Positions 49,846 through 62,638 of a DNA stretch of 64,000 bases are shown here, in pieces. A program made the translations under genes and the position numbers. The notes below the pieces were generated by a model that did not search any database, had not been told where the DNA came from, and was given only the letters and a program-made list of their open reading frames with translations. Every line of letters begins with the position of its first letter. Position 1 is the stretch's first letter. The DNA is taken from the NCBI GenBank assembly GCA_965644295.1, contig CBFFRP010000181.1, forward strand, positions 186,001 to 250,000. The letters are read 5' to 3'. The stretch comes from Paraphysomonas bandaiensis. Taxonomy: Eukaryota; Protista; Chrysophyceae.

Positions 49846-51603
49846 ATGAGTACAGGCGGTTCAGGACCGTCTCAAGCTTTACTTGGCAATGCTGCAATTG
49901 CAGCTGCAATTAAATCTGGTAATGTTAATATAGCCGGACAGATGAAAGTCGAAGAAATGGATCTCTCATCTGAAAGTAAAGAAGCACAAATGCAACATGC
50001 TGAAACATTAAGAAGATTTGAAGCTCAACAACGATCACGTGCAATATTAGTACCAACATTAATTGATGATGTAAAGAAGAAGTTAAGAGAGCTGGGTCAT
50101 GAGGTTACTCTATTCGGTGAAGGGCCAGGAGATAGAAGAGAGCGACTGAAGACAGTTATCGCTGAAATGGAATTATCTGAAGAAGATGCGCGTGATATGC
50201 AGGTAACGAATTAACCGTGCAATGTATATGTTATGAACGAAATATGCAAATATGGAATATCATCGAATGCATTTGGAGAATATTTCAGCATGTCTAATTT
50301 GTTATTTCAGAGATTTATGGCTTCCAGTCGCCCAGGTGCAGGCTCTAGTGAGCTAGCGATGCCTGGTGGTTACACTGAGCAGAAGCCTGCGACGTCGTCC
50401 ACATCAACTTCATCATCGAAAGAAGTGTTTTATACACACGCTCCGGATGCCCTCGTGGCGGCCAGAAAATATTTGTGTGAGTACTCTTTCCCCCGTGCGC
50501 ACGATAGACTCCTGAGGACGAAACGTGTCCGAGAGAGTGAACAGATGCAGGTAGAAGAGGACAAGTTAGTCGGGGAGAAATATTTGCATCTCAAAGGACT
50601 CTCACTCGCTGCCAGTCAGTTCGTTGACGACCGACCTCTGTGTAGTGTTCGATACTCGCCAGACGACTCTATGATTGCGGTGGGAAGTTGGACTGGTGTA
50701 GTGAAAATGTGGGACAGCACTTCACTGGACAATGTCGGTATGTTTACGGGCCATGAGGAGCGGGTAACGTCAGTTGCTTGGCAACCTGTAGCGTCAGGTA
50801 GTGGAGGGTTATTGGCCTCCTCGGCGGCGGATGGCACGTGCATGCTCTGGCATCCGTCAAGAGGTCATAGTGCGAGCAATGCCGTTCGTGGAACTGCGAT
50901 GGAAACAGATGAGGCTGATGGTGGTGCAAGTTCTGGAGATAAGGATGTTATTGCCAGAGAGGTGAGCGACAGAGGGAGAGCGGGTGTACTCAGAGGACAT
51001 GAAGGTGTCGTTTCCAGATGTGCCTTTCATCCCAGTGGGACATACATCGGTACTGCAGGTCACGACTACACATGGCGTCTATGGGATGTCGAAACGTGTA
51101 CGGAACTACTAATGCAGGATGGCCATGCGAAGGAGTGTAATGCCATTGCCTTCCATCACGACGGCGCATTGACTCTAACTGGAGATACTGGAGGAGTGGC
51201 ACTTTTATGGGACATTCGCAGTGGTCAATGCATACAAGTATTCCAGGGGCACATAAAGAAGATAGTATCTGCATCTTTCAACGTCAATGGATTCATGGTG
51301 GCAACTGGTAGCACTGATAACACTGCAAAAGTGTGGGATTTGCGGACTAAGAAGGTGGGGTACACACTACCAGCACATTCAAGCATTATATCTGACACCC
51401 GTTTCTCGAGCTCTGGAGAGATACTCACCACGAGCTCTTTCGATGGTACGCTTAAGATGTGGAATACTAGAAACTTTGACATTATTAAAACTCTCTCTGG
51501 TCACGAAGGGAAAGTTATGAGTTGTGATATGTCCAGTGATGAAACGAGTTTAATATCTGCAGGTTATGACCGAACGATAAAACTGTGGAAAAAAGATGAC
51601 TGA
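49846..51603 (+). CDS. PRP4: U4/U6 snRNP WD40 protein Prp4
   Basis: SFM motif [31 protein letters not shown], seven WD repeats, [16 protein letters not shown]; intron ~50203-50310. Confidence 0.95.
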
Positions 51604-52252
51604 TTTGTGAAGGTACTGCATAATTCTAGAATTTAGACATTTAATAAATACGACAAAATTCTTTCATAAATTCTACTTCACACTTTTAACATATCAATAT
51701 AAAAACAATCCAGTACTATTTTCTATCCTGACAAGCGGAACAGTAGGTCATAGCTCAGATGCTTTGCTACTCTTGTGACACAGAAACTGCAATAACGATG
51801 ACCATTATGCCAGAAGAGGCGATATTCTTTTTCTACAATCTCCACATTCAAGTGTCGTCGCAGCACATCCAATCCTCAGAATCTTAGCCTTGTGAGATGT
51901 TTGTTAATCGTTAATTAGGTATTCGTTATTTAGGGGGGTTAAATGGCTTGCTCCCTTCCGCTTGTTATAGACAGCCAATAAATACTTTTCTCGTATTTTA
52001 ACACTAAAACATTGTACAGAGTGATATAGTATATAGTAAATTAGAGGAATCAACAAAAGGGTAAATTCTTTCGGAACTTCAAGAGCAGCAGCTGCAATTA
52101 CCGCAAATCGGAGATAAACTTCAGGAAAGACTCATTAAGAAAGAGTATGACTGAATGTGGCCTTACATCTCATAATTATAAATTTTGATTAATCAACTTT
52201 ATATACATTGGTTCTAGTGTAGAAATAACCACCGTCATCTTCTACTATATTG

Positions 52253-53238
52253 CTACAGGGGTTCACTGCTATTCGAAACAATACTGCAGGATGTTATATA
52301 ATCAACAAGTGGAAATTCGCTCTCCAAGTACTCTAACCCTCTATTCATTATCTTTCCTTGGCTTATTTTTTCTCCATAGCCAGTGTAAATGCTACCCAGC
52401 ACACGCAAGCTTTCCTCGCCAACCACTTGCCCAAATGGTACCTCCCATGGCGAGCCGCCGCAGAGACGACCGTTATCCTCAAATGCAATTATGAGCTGTG
52501 TCCCCCTGAGCACAATTCGCTCAAAAACACAAAAGAAACGGACTGAAATACCTGGAATTTTTTCCCGCTCCTGCATATGCGATGTAACCCTTTTGGAATC
52601 TCTTCACTCCATTTATCTCCCTGTTAGTCGGTCCTAACATACATATCACACATCAATAAATTGGTAACGTGCACTTACCAAGAGGAAGCCAGGAAGGATC
52701 ATCAATGAGACTCCCCTTCTTGTGCCATTCCTTTTGCACTGCGGGATCGCCAGATAAGCCAAACTGTACCAAGAATCCTTTCAAGGCTCGGAACAGGGCA
52801 ACCTTTGATGAAAAGAATTTCGATGTAACCATGTCAAGGAATCTTTCAGCTCCTCTGGGAGCCCATTTGGGATACACAGCTATACAGTATGATATCAACA
52901 GTATTAATATCATACATGATGCGTTTACCTATAACCATGTCGCCTTTAGTAGTCGAACAGCAAACTAAAACTCTATACGACTTCGGAGGAGGCACCATAT
53001 GAACATCACTGAACGTTATATGCCTCCAGTCCACTCCGCAATTCGGAACACTAATATCTGTATTATAACCAAAAGATTCTATTGAAGGCTCCGTTTTGGG
53101 GTTTATATGCAGTGGATTGCTACCACTGTGTACATGTCTCTTATTACTGCTATCTTCAGATATATACAAAGATATAGCTAGTAGTATAAAGCTAATGATA
53201 CTAACTGCTGCAAGTACGATCGTTAGATTGACTTTCAT
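52253..53238 (-). CDS. Membrane-anchored cyclophilin-type peptidyl-prolyl isomerase, multi-exon
   Basis: STTKGD, WAPRGAERF, FRALKGFLVQFG, RGTQLIIAFEDN, PWEVPFGQVV, EFPLVDYI; N-terminal TM segment; start uncertain. Confidence 0.85.
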
Positions 53239-53765
53239 TTGGTTGGGTATGCAATTATCATGTTTATGCAATTGTAGACCGTTAATAGACCGCGACTGCC
53301 TATTCCTCTTGACTGTTGTGTAGCTCAAGAGTAGTGCATATCTATGTAAAAAATACTGATATATTGATCCAATTTCAAAATAATGGCATTTTAAGGAGAA
53401 AACTCTGAAATTATATTGCTATTTTTTGATTGTTGCCTAAAAATTCAGGTCGATTTAGAATACAGTACTGTAGTTCTATACTCTGTAACGGTCTAGCCTG
53501 CGGACTGTACGCACCATATAAAGTACATATGCATACAGTCGTGCGCTGTACATGACAGACGATCCACACTATGCATGTTACAACACACTGGATACAGATG
53601 ATGCAATCGTTAACTGCATGTAACGTGTTAATTTAATACTATAACAGACCCTAGAGATATTACTCTGGTAGCATTAACATACTTGCACTCTAATAGAGAT
53701 TTTGTGCATTTAGTCCTGTTAGAACACGTTAATATCTATCTCAACCTGATATACATGATGTCCCG

Positions 53766-54903
53766 ATGATGATGGATTCAGACAGTACAGTTGAGGTTTC
53801 GCCAGATATACTGGTGCGTTTGTGCTATTTGGTTGAGATGAGTTGAATAATAATTTATAAAGGCCAAAAGGAACCACCTCAGTAGTGTGCTGCATCGACG
53901 ACTTGTTGCGAAATTAGGACCTCGAGCGAAGTAATTATACATTACATTTTCGTATCTTGTGAATTGATTTGACATTGCGTAGGGGAAACGAAAAATGGAT
54001 TTCGAAACATATAGATGAATTCGTTGAGAATTCTTTGGGGTACACACCCGCTGACATTGACAGAATGGAGAAGGCGATTCGCTACGATATTCATTCCAAT
54101 ATGCAAGCGACCTTGGAGGCCAACAATGTTAGCGGAGGATTTCGGCCTAATATTACTCTCGGTAATACACGGAGTACAGCATGGCAAGCATCAAGTAAAA
54201 CTGAAGCTTCCAGGCCTTGGAGGGATTCACTCATTAGCACGAGTCCGATAAAGCGAACGAAAAAAGTGTTCCAATCTCGCCACGAGCAGCAGACTGCAAA
54301 GAAGATGCAAACGCAGCGTATCCTTTATGAGCCACCTGCTTCCTCATATAAGCCGCCGCGACAAAAGTACGATCAGTATGCACCCTACTTTCAGCAGTAC
54401 GAAGGATATCGGTATCATTTGAAGCCCGTTACTATGCCAGTACATGTGCCTCCTGAGAAAAGGGTACTTACCTTCCTGTTGTTTGGTTTCATATTTCACC
54501 GTTTGGTCAGGTGAAACCTCCAGTGCTGCTGCCAGAATGTATAGATGAGTATATCCGCATCGAGGAGAGGAAAAAGCTTGAGGCAGAGGAACTGGAGCAA
54601 CGACGGGCCATGTTCAAGGATTACAAGCAAATGGAGCAGGCCAGGGATGATGCCGAGCGAAAGAGGTTGAAGCGTGCCCTGAAGCGACAGCAAACAAAAC
54701 ACCAGCAACTTCAAAAACGGCTAGAAATGACCTGCGAGCCGTTACCTCTTAGAAATACGATATCTGTGGCCTCTGCACGTCCAATGTCGTCCGCTGTGCT
54801 AATGCGCGAGACTCCTCTTACTGGCACCCTCGGGACAATAATACGCAACCCAGGTCATGAGACCGGCAGAATATCAACTGCTCTTCCATCCTGTAGAGCA
54901 TAG
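53766..54903 (+). CDS. Hypothetical protein, multi-exon, with coiled-coil C-terminus
   Basis: ORFs 53969-54514 and 54511-54903 joined by a plausible GT-AG intron; upstream small exons inferred. Confidence 0.55.
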
Positions 54904-55475
54904 TGTGAAAATCACCTATCTAATGTATCTGTGTGGTGAGTGTACTGTGTCATCTTATGCACTGCTGTGTAACAGCGCACTCAATTTCTGTTATCCTATT
55001 GAAAATTGCGTATGAAGTAGTTGTATAAAGCTATATGCAAATAGCTGAACGTAATGCTCACTGGTGGCACTTACTTTCAGTCATCCTTGACAATAGGATA
55101 TGTTGTGGGTTAAGATAGTATAGAAGTAATTCGTCAGTGCATTGTAGCAAAATAATAATGAAGAGTATAACGCTTTATCACATATGCAGTATCGTTATTT
55201 GTATGATGTATATATCCATTGAAGATAATGTTTAGGAGAGTCTTACTGAATTAGCTGAGCTGTCGCACGAAGAAAAGGTATAAGGCATTTATGACATGCG
55301 ACATACATCATAACCACGCAACAATCATTTTCATTTCGATTTGGTACTTATCACTCCTCGTGCAAATAGTATAACACTGCAATTAGAGCCCTTGTTAATA
55401 AAAATTCATCACTATATTATTTAATTGAAACAAAGTAACAAAACCGCGGTCGTGAAGTTGAAATTTGATGTGCAA

Positions 55476-55873
55476 TTATATTACAGGGCCAAGTCCCGGG
55501 ATGTAGTTACCATTACCACCACCCTCCCATGTGGGATCAATAGACCCATAAATTCCTTTAACGTAACTTCGAAGTTCCGCGTTACTTTTATTAGTGATGT
55601 GTTCCTCTAGTCCCTTCAGCCAAGTATCGGAGTGCAACTTATTAACAAAACTTTGATATCTGGCTTCTGTACGCTCCCTTAAATTCTTATGTTCATGTGC
55701 ACTGGTTTGTATTTGATATGTTTGAAAAGCATGTACACCAACGAGTGTAACAACTACAAAGTTAACTATACGTCTCCTTTTCTCCATTTTAAGGAGCTTC
55801 TCTCCAGATACCTGCAAGAGATAGTTAATGTAATGTTCTAGATATATGTATAACTTACTTTGAATTTTAGCAT
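55476..55873 (-). CDS. Small single-pass membrane protein of unknown function (2 exons)
   Basis: MLKFK|VSGEKLL... with a gtaagt...cag intron; hydrophobic IVNFVVVTLVGVHAF. Confidence 0.6.
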
Positions 55874-56127
55874 TGGTATTATATGGGATTTATTTGGTGA
55901 TAATGTGTTTTGTTTGGGTTATTGTTATGTTGTGGTACTTAAATAGAGTTATGTGTGTGTATATGTAGAGCTAGATATATATGGTGGTACGAGTAGTGGC
56001 CGCCTCTATATGGTGTACTGCTGTACGATTTACTCTGCGGTGATGTGTGTGGTGTACCTGTACAGTGGAATACAGTAGTACAGTACAACAGTACAGCCTG
56101 CATTCCCTCTCTATGTATTCACAGCAG

Positions 56128-56948
56128 TACATACATACATACATACATACATACATACATACATACATACATACATACATACATACATACATACATACAT
56201 ACATACATACATACATACATACATACATACATACATACATACATACATACATACATACATACATACATACATACATACATACATACATACATACATACAT
56301 ACATACATACATACATACATACATACATACATACATACATACATACATACATACTGAACATACATACATACATACTGAACATACATACATACATACATAC
56401 ATACATACATACATACATACATACATACATACATACATACATACATACATACATAATACATACATCAGAAATTCTGATGTATGTATTATGTATGTATGTA
56501 TGTATGTATGTATGTATGTATGTATGTATGTATGTATGTATGTATGTATGTATGTATGTATGTATGTATGTATGTATGTATGTATGTATGTATGTATGTA
56601 TGTATGTATGTATGTATGTATGTATGTATGTATGTATGTATGTATGTATGTATGTATGTATGTATGTATGTATGTATGTATGTATGTATGTATGTATGTA
56701 TGTATGTATGTATGTATGTATGTATGTATGTATGTATGTATGTATGTATGTATGTATGTATGTATGTATGTATGTATGTATGTATGTATGTATGTTCAGT
56801 ATGTATGTATGTATGTATGTATGTATGTATGTATGTATGTATGTATGTATGTATGTATGTATGTATGTATGTATGTATGTATGTATGTATGTATGTATGT
56901 ATGTATGTTCAGTATGTATGTATGTATGTATGTATGTATGTATGTATG
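56128..56948. repeat. Palindromic microsatellite (TACA)n-TCAGAA-A-TTCTGA-(TGTA)n
   Basis: Centre at 56471; mirrored variant units on both arms. Confidence 0.97.
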
Positions 56949-57072
56949 CACGGTTTGACCGTTGAAAACACTATTTCAAACACCTCAATCAACTTCCACA
57001 ATCAACACAACATACATATATATATATATACTGCACGACACATATATCGCTGAGACTATTTGTTGAATACTA

Positions 57073-60000
57073 ATGAGTGAAGCAAAGATAGTTCACGTAT
57101 TTGAAGAAGCTCAGCGTTCTGAGTCCACACATAGAAATGAAGCAAAGAAACTGTTACACTTAATTAACACAACTGAAACAACTGATTGTTTGGTTAAGAA
57201 AATTATAACCAATTGTTATGATAAAATTCTTATTTGCTCAAAACAAGAGAAAGTTGTGGATAGAATTATGAAGTTTTTTTGTAAATTTGTTGCTGTTACA
57301 AACGATCAGCATCTGTTTGACTTTATGAACTACCTCATTACAAGGACATCTTGTTCAGATAAAGTTGTCCGCTATCGTGCATGTCAATCTATATGCATGA
57401 TTATATCTGCTATGGGAGAGAATGCTGAGATTGATGATGCGCTTTGGGATATGATTAGCACATGCCTAGTTGTACGTCTACGTGACAAGCATCCCGCCGT
57501 TCGACTGTGGGCTCTCAAAGGCCTGAAAGAATTTCAAGATCCTTCTAATTCTTCCGATGTAATCACCCAGGAATTTATCAGATTAATGGAAAGTGATACG
57601 TCAAAAGAAGTACGGGTTGCTGCAATTCAAACTATTGTGCTAACTACCTCAAGCCTATTCTCTGTTCTCCATCGCCTGCGGGATATAAAACAGGATGTCC
57701 GTTTGGCCTGCATTCAGAGGCTATCTGAAATTGAAGCCGTGCAGCTTCAAAAAGTGCAGTTGTCACTTTTCGTTAAATATGGACTGGGTGATCGCGATGA
57801 GACGGTGCGTGCAGCTGCAATGTCGCTAGTCGTCAAGTGGATGCAGACACTTAAATTCAATATCCCTAAGCTCTTACAGTTGGTTGGACTGCGTTCCCAT
57901 CGCCAAGAGGTAGACATGTTGGCATGGAGCATAATTCATGAGTGCCAAAAGGAGTCTATTCAGTCTGGACCGCTGCAGTCGGCAGTTATGCGTGGTATGG
58001 AAGTGGATTGGGAGGAATGTGGCTTCTCTGACCTCCTTGCCTCAGAGCTATTATGGCTGCTCGCCCGATGCATGTACTTCCATCGCACCCTACCCCGTGC
58101 CCAAGCCTGTGATCGCACAGAATCACTATTGCCTGATACTGTCATTCTGTGCAGATTACTGCTGGATGGTGCAACAGCCCTGCAAAGTGGACTTGTGCAG
58201 GGCTCAACTGGAATGGCCTTGCTGGGAATGGAGTGCTTGCTGCGCCTTACCGCCTATGCTGACACCTCTGATGTAGCAGGATGCCAACAGTTGATATCCG
58301 TCTGTAGGGCTATGATCGAAGACGTTGAATTCTGTGATGATCTTGTGGATTCGGTACTGGTTGCGTACAGTAAAGCTATCTCCACAGTCTCGGGACGCAC
58401 ATCTGTTAGTGTCCTCGTGCAGGAGCTGGTTGAGGTTGCACAGAAGGTATATTGAATAGATAATATATGTTCTTGTATATTAAGTATACGACAGGTGTGG
58501 CCATGTACTATTGCAGAAAGCGATTCAGTAAGGGAAGACGAGGAGGAGCGCCGGGTTCTATCTCAGATTCGGTCGTTACATATCATTGCGTGGTGTGTCC
58601 AAAACCACACCGCTGCTGAGCATCGTAAGCAGGAGTCGTTTACCGACCCCCTTGTGCCAATGGTATTAGAAGCACTGCAGCAGCCTTGCGAAGAGTTGAG
58701 ATCCTTTGCCCTCCGCGTTTTGGGTTTGCTAGGAATATCCTCGGCTAGGCACTGTGCAGCGTTTGCTGGCATTGTTTTGCAGGTGGCGAATGCAACTCAA
58801 GAAGATACCTTTATACGCTGTCAAGCAATTGAATCTCTGGCTGATATGGCTATGGTACATACCGATGAGTTAATTAGTGAAGATACACTTGTGCGTTTGC
58901 TTCTCATACTGATGGACTGTGGAGATTGTATTATTCAGCGTGTAGCCGCAGAAGCTTCCGCCAAGTTGCTTTTCTCTGGTCGTATAGTGAAATCCCCGGC
59001 ACTCTTTGCTCAGCTTGTGAAGGTTTTCTTTCATCCATTTGAGTCTAATGATGAAGCAGATGAAAATTGTACAGCAGAAAAAGGTTCAGCAGCTTATCTG
59101 GATCAGATACTAAGTGTTTTCTTTCCTGCTTTCTTCAGTGCTGGAGGGGGGCGGGGTGATATAGCATTACATTCCGTCCCTCTTCTCATTGCTGATATTT
59201 GCATGCTGGTGCGAGATGAGTTCATACCCTCCATGCCTATTGTGCAGGTTCGTGTACTCAGTGTTGATGTATTCTCAAGTAATTGTATGGAATAGATGAT
59301 GGAGCACATACTGGGATGGTGCGAGTTTCTTCCCAATGATTCTGGAGACAGCACGGACACAACATGCACTCGTATTCAACGAGGATTAAAGATACAGATC
59401 TGCGCGTCCGTACTCAAGGAAATGCTGGTACTGCAATCGAACAAGTCATCTCACAAGGCTTTATTAAAGGAACTTTCCAAAGTTCTAGTGCTGCTTACAC
59501 CTTGCGAATCATGGGTTTTCAGCCATGCTGTGGTAAGAGTATATTTACGTCCGCTACTCATCTAAGATACGCTTAGGGGCAGGAACTTATCAAGACTCTA
59601 ATAACCTTAAAAAGACAATGTCGTCTCGACAAAGTCTCTGCTAAGAGTGTGGACAAGCTACACACATCCTGTCGTGATACTGTCAAGAACTTCTCTAGTG
59701 AAGTAACAGAAGAAACTGATGAAGAAAAGAGCGACATGCACCCCATGTATGAAATTGAAATGTGTGTAGTGAGCTTTTAATATGTGTTATAGCAACCCTT
59801 TTTGGAGTCTTGCTCCAGGATTGGCTGATATGGTTGACGCAGCATCTGATGATGAGAGCGTTTTGGGTAGTGCTTCTAGTGACGATGACGACTTTGAAGA
59901 GGCAGATAACAATGCTGAAGTGGAGCAGCCTGTCCGGACTCGCATATCACGCTCGTCTAAAGTTCAAGCTCAAAGTCGAATAAGCATACAACTATCTGAT

Positions 60001-60102
60001 GAAAATGCCGAAAATGCTAAACGAACTACGATCTCAGTAAAAGATGAACCGCATGACGATATCTACAGTGAAGGAAATAATGCTTATGAATCGCTGTTGT
60101 AA
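57073..60102 (+). CDS. NCAPG: Condensin I subunit CAP-G (HEAT repeats), multi-exon
   Basis: VFEEAQRS..TH, DKVVRYRACQ, RLRDKHPAVR, DTSKEVRVAA, RLRDIKQDVR, GLGDRDETVR, AAEASAKLLFSG, QILSVFFPAF. Confidence 0.93.
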
Positions 60103-60789
60103 TCTACTGGAAATATGATATCTGTATCTATTACATGGTGTACAATGCAGCCTAATACTGTTATTGTTTGCTCAATAGCACTGTGGATGTTGTATTCAAT
60201 AACAGATTCATTATGTGTCTGGCGTCTGCTCTAATATTTATCGATAAGTAATTTATAATGATGAGGGTACATACGTACAACAAGACATATTCTGAGTGAA
60301 TTACCAGCGTCTCATTAACTGTATAAGATCGTGTCTATATAAGATCGTATGAAAAATGATTGGTGGGTGGAGATAACATGAATTTGGCGAATGACAATGG
60401 ATGAATAAGTGAGATTGATAATAATTATAATTACAGCTTTGAGTGTGAATTATGGTTCAGCTTATCAAGCATTTACCATCCTATATCCTATTATGTCAAA
60501 TCTGCATAAAGTACACTCATATTGCAGAAATGCTCTTATTAACGTACAGTCCCTAATCCCTAATATAAAATAATTCCGGACCACCCATTCTCGATTAATA
60601 TATATCCATCGCATTGCTTACTTTACGTTCATTAGATAAGAGTTAATTGAGTATACATACTTCACACATAGAGATCGTTTCTTAGAATAAATGTGTCGCT
60701 ATCCTTTGATATATTTGCTACACTTTTATAATGTAATCATGTTGCGTAATATGAGGATAGTATGATGCAAGAGAGAAACGCAAATCCCT

Positions 60790-62106
60790 TCAACAGGTCT
60801 TTGAAGAGTCGCCTCCTGCCCATCCAAGAATACATCCCCCAAATGTTTCATCTGGGACAGACAGATTTCCAAAACTCGGTCCAGTGTTACAGTATGATGA
60901 GTAATGCCAGTACGTATGGGATATATTTGCTGCCTCTGCAGCTTGCCACGCTTTACAGTCTCCGAATTCAGTCAAGAAGGTGGGAACATTCCAGGCTTCT
61001 CCGACTGCCATAGCATTCTGAACAGCATCGGCAGGGTCTGAGGGTTGACCATACCAGTGCCAGGCCAAAAAAACATTTTGTGATCCTTTTATCCAGTCGA
61101 TGGTTTCGTCAGAGATAAGGGCGTCAGGAAACATCTTCGTCAGCCAAGCCGGCTCGATCATGCCCTCCCCACTGTCCTCGACACTCACGCTCATATCCGG
61201 GATAACCTCGTTGATAGCTTCTCCACAGGCTCTCCAAGTGTCGAACATTTGAGTACGACGAATAGACATGGGTTCATTAGTGAGCTCCGCAGCATAGGCA
61301 GTCTTGTAGTCCACTACAGCTTCAGCCAGGAGCCTCCAGTAACGTACGAAGTCGTCACGCCCAGGCCCCTCCTGCAACATATAGTCCATGGTTGCCTGAT
61401 TGATGGTTGTATAACCTAGACCACCAGGATTAGGACTATTCATCGCCAAACAGCACTCGTTCAAGAGGTTGTAATTCGGGTCGCCGGCATACTTCGCCCA
61501 CTTCTCCTCGTCATCACCACATACTTCATAGCCATCCACATTCTTCACATTCAGATCATGTATTAAATTATAAGGGAAACCAGTCGTGAGTGGTTTGCCA
61601 ATTAGATCAGGAGCTGCTTTCTGAGAAAACCACATCGGTACGCCATTACCGCACCCAGCAGAGCTCGTCATATCACCATGATTATCCAACATCACATGAA
61701 TTCCATTTTTATCAGTGAGTTCAAGAATTTTATGTAATCTTTCTACAAAATCAGGATCTAAAGCATTTTCATCTCTTGGTTGTGCTCCAGCCCATACAAC
61801 ACCAAGTCGAATCGAATTCCATCCCATTGATTTAATATGATCAATATCAGCTTGATTAAATGTATAACAACTTGTACATGTACCATCCGCTTGACACTCA
61901 TCATTAACATTATCATTACAATAAGTATTACCAGTGACATCAGGAAGATATGGGGGTCCTTTGACGACTACATTCGGACCCACGAGGACGATATCTTCGC
62001 CTGTGGATGATGAGATGAATCTCTGGTCTTTGATAATGATGCTACGGGGGATAGATGCAGCATTAATTGATATAAAAAGTGAATAGAGTATGAGTGTGGG
62101 TTTCAT
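60790..62106 (-). CDS. Secreted glycoside hydrolase family 5 (endoglycoceramidase-like), intronless
   Basis: GPNVVVKGPPY, GWNSIRLGVVWAG, MLDNHGD, ELTNEP (acid/base), HWY, FLTEFG (nucleophile); ATG taken at 62106. Confidence 0.88.
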   Translation of the reverse strand: MKPTLILYSLFISINAASIPRSIIIKDQRFISSSTGEDIVLVGPNVVVKGPPYLPDVTGNTYCNDNVNDECQADGTCTSCYTFNQADIDHIKSMGWNSIRLGVVWAGAQPRDENALDPDFVERLHKILELTDKNGIHVMLDNHGDMTSSAGCGNGVPMWFSQKAAPDLIGKPLTTGFPYNLIHDLNVKNVDGYEVCGDDEEKWAKYAGDPNYNLLNECCLAMNSPNPGGLGYTTINQATMDYMLQEGPGRDDFVRYWRLLAEAVVDYKTAYAAELTNEPMSIRRTQMFDTWRACGEAINEVIPDMSVSVEDSGEGMIEPAWLTKMFPDALISDETIDWIKGSQNVFLAWHWYGQPSDPADAVQNAMAVGEAWNVPTFLTEFGDCKAWQAAEAANISHTYWHYSSYCNTGPSFGNLSVPDETFGGCILGWAGGDSSKTC

Positions 62107-62638
62107 GAGGTATGGTATTGTGTATAGGTATATATCTGTCTTAACCTTACTGGACTTAACTATAGCATAGGCAGGTACAGCTGTAGCTATATGCGTATCG
62201 GCAGTCAGCATCATATTATTCGGAAATATATTGAAGCAAATATTCTCTATATTACTGTGATAAAACTACGGCTGTAATACAGATAATTATTGTCTCAATA
62301 TTAGAGGCATCTTTGAACAAAAATATACAAAGGATGCAGATACGATGTTGGATAGTTTATACGTCTAGAGGTACGGCTGTATACATGTAGCAATACTGCT
62401 GTGTAGGAATTTCTTTGCATAGTAACGGGCTACATCAATCCCCGTAACCGGAAGAATAACCCCGGTACTTTTATTATATGGACCTGTCAGTGCATCCATC
62501 CGGTGGTAGAGGAGAGTTAATTGATGGCCATCGCATCTAGTCCACTTAACTTCCTCCACATACAGTCATCCTTCCATACATATATACTGTACCAATACAC
62601 CATTCGAAGATATATTACGATAGTATTAATTAAATAAT

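Noticed and set aside
55971-57053. MYVC/YIHT repeat ORFs (also 28528-28865)
   Set aside because: Translations of stop-free TATG microsatellites.
25517-60102. Functional cluster of chromosome-maintenance genes (MRE11, NSE2, FHA, CAP-G)
   Set aside because: Interspersed with unrelated genes; cannot be distinguished from chance without synteny data.
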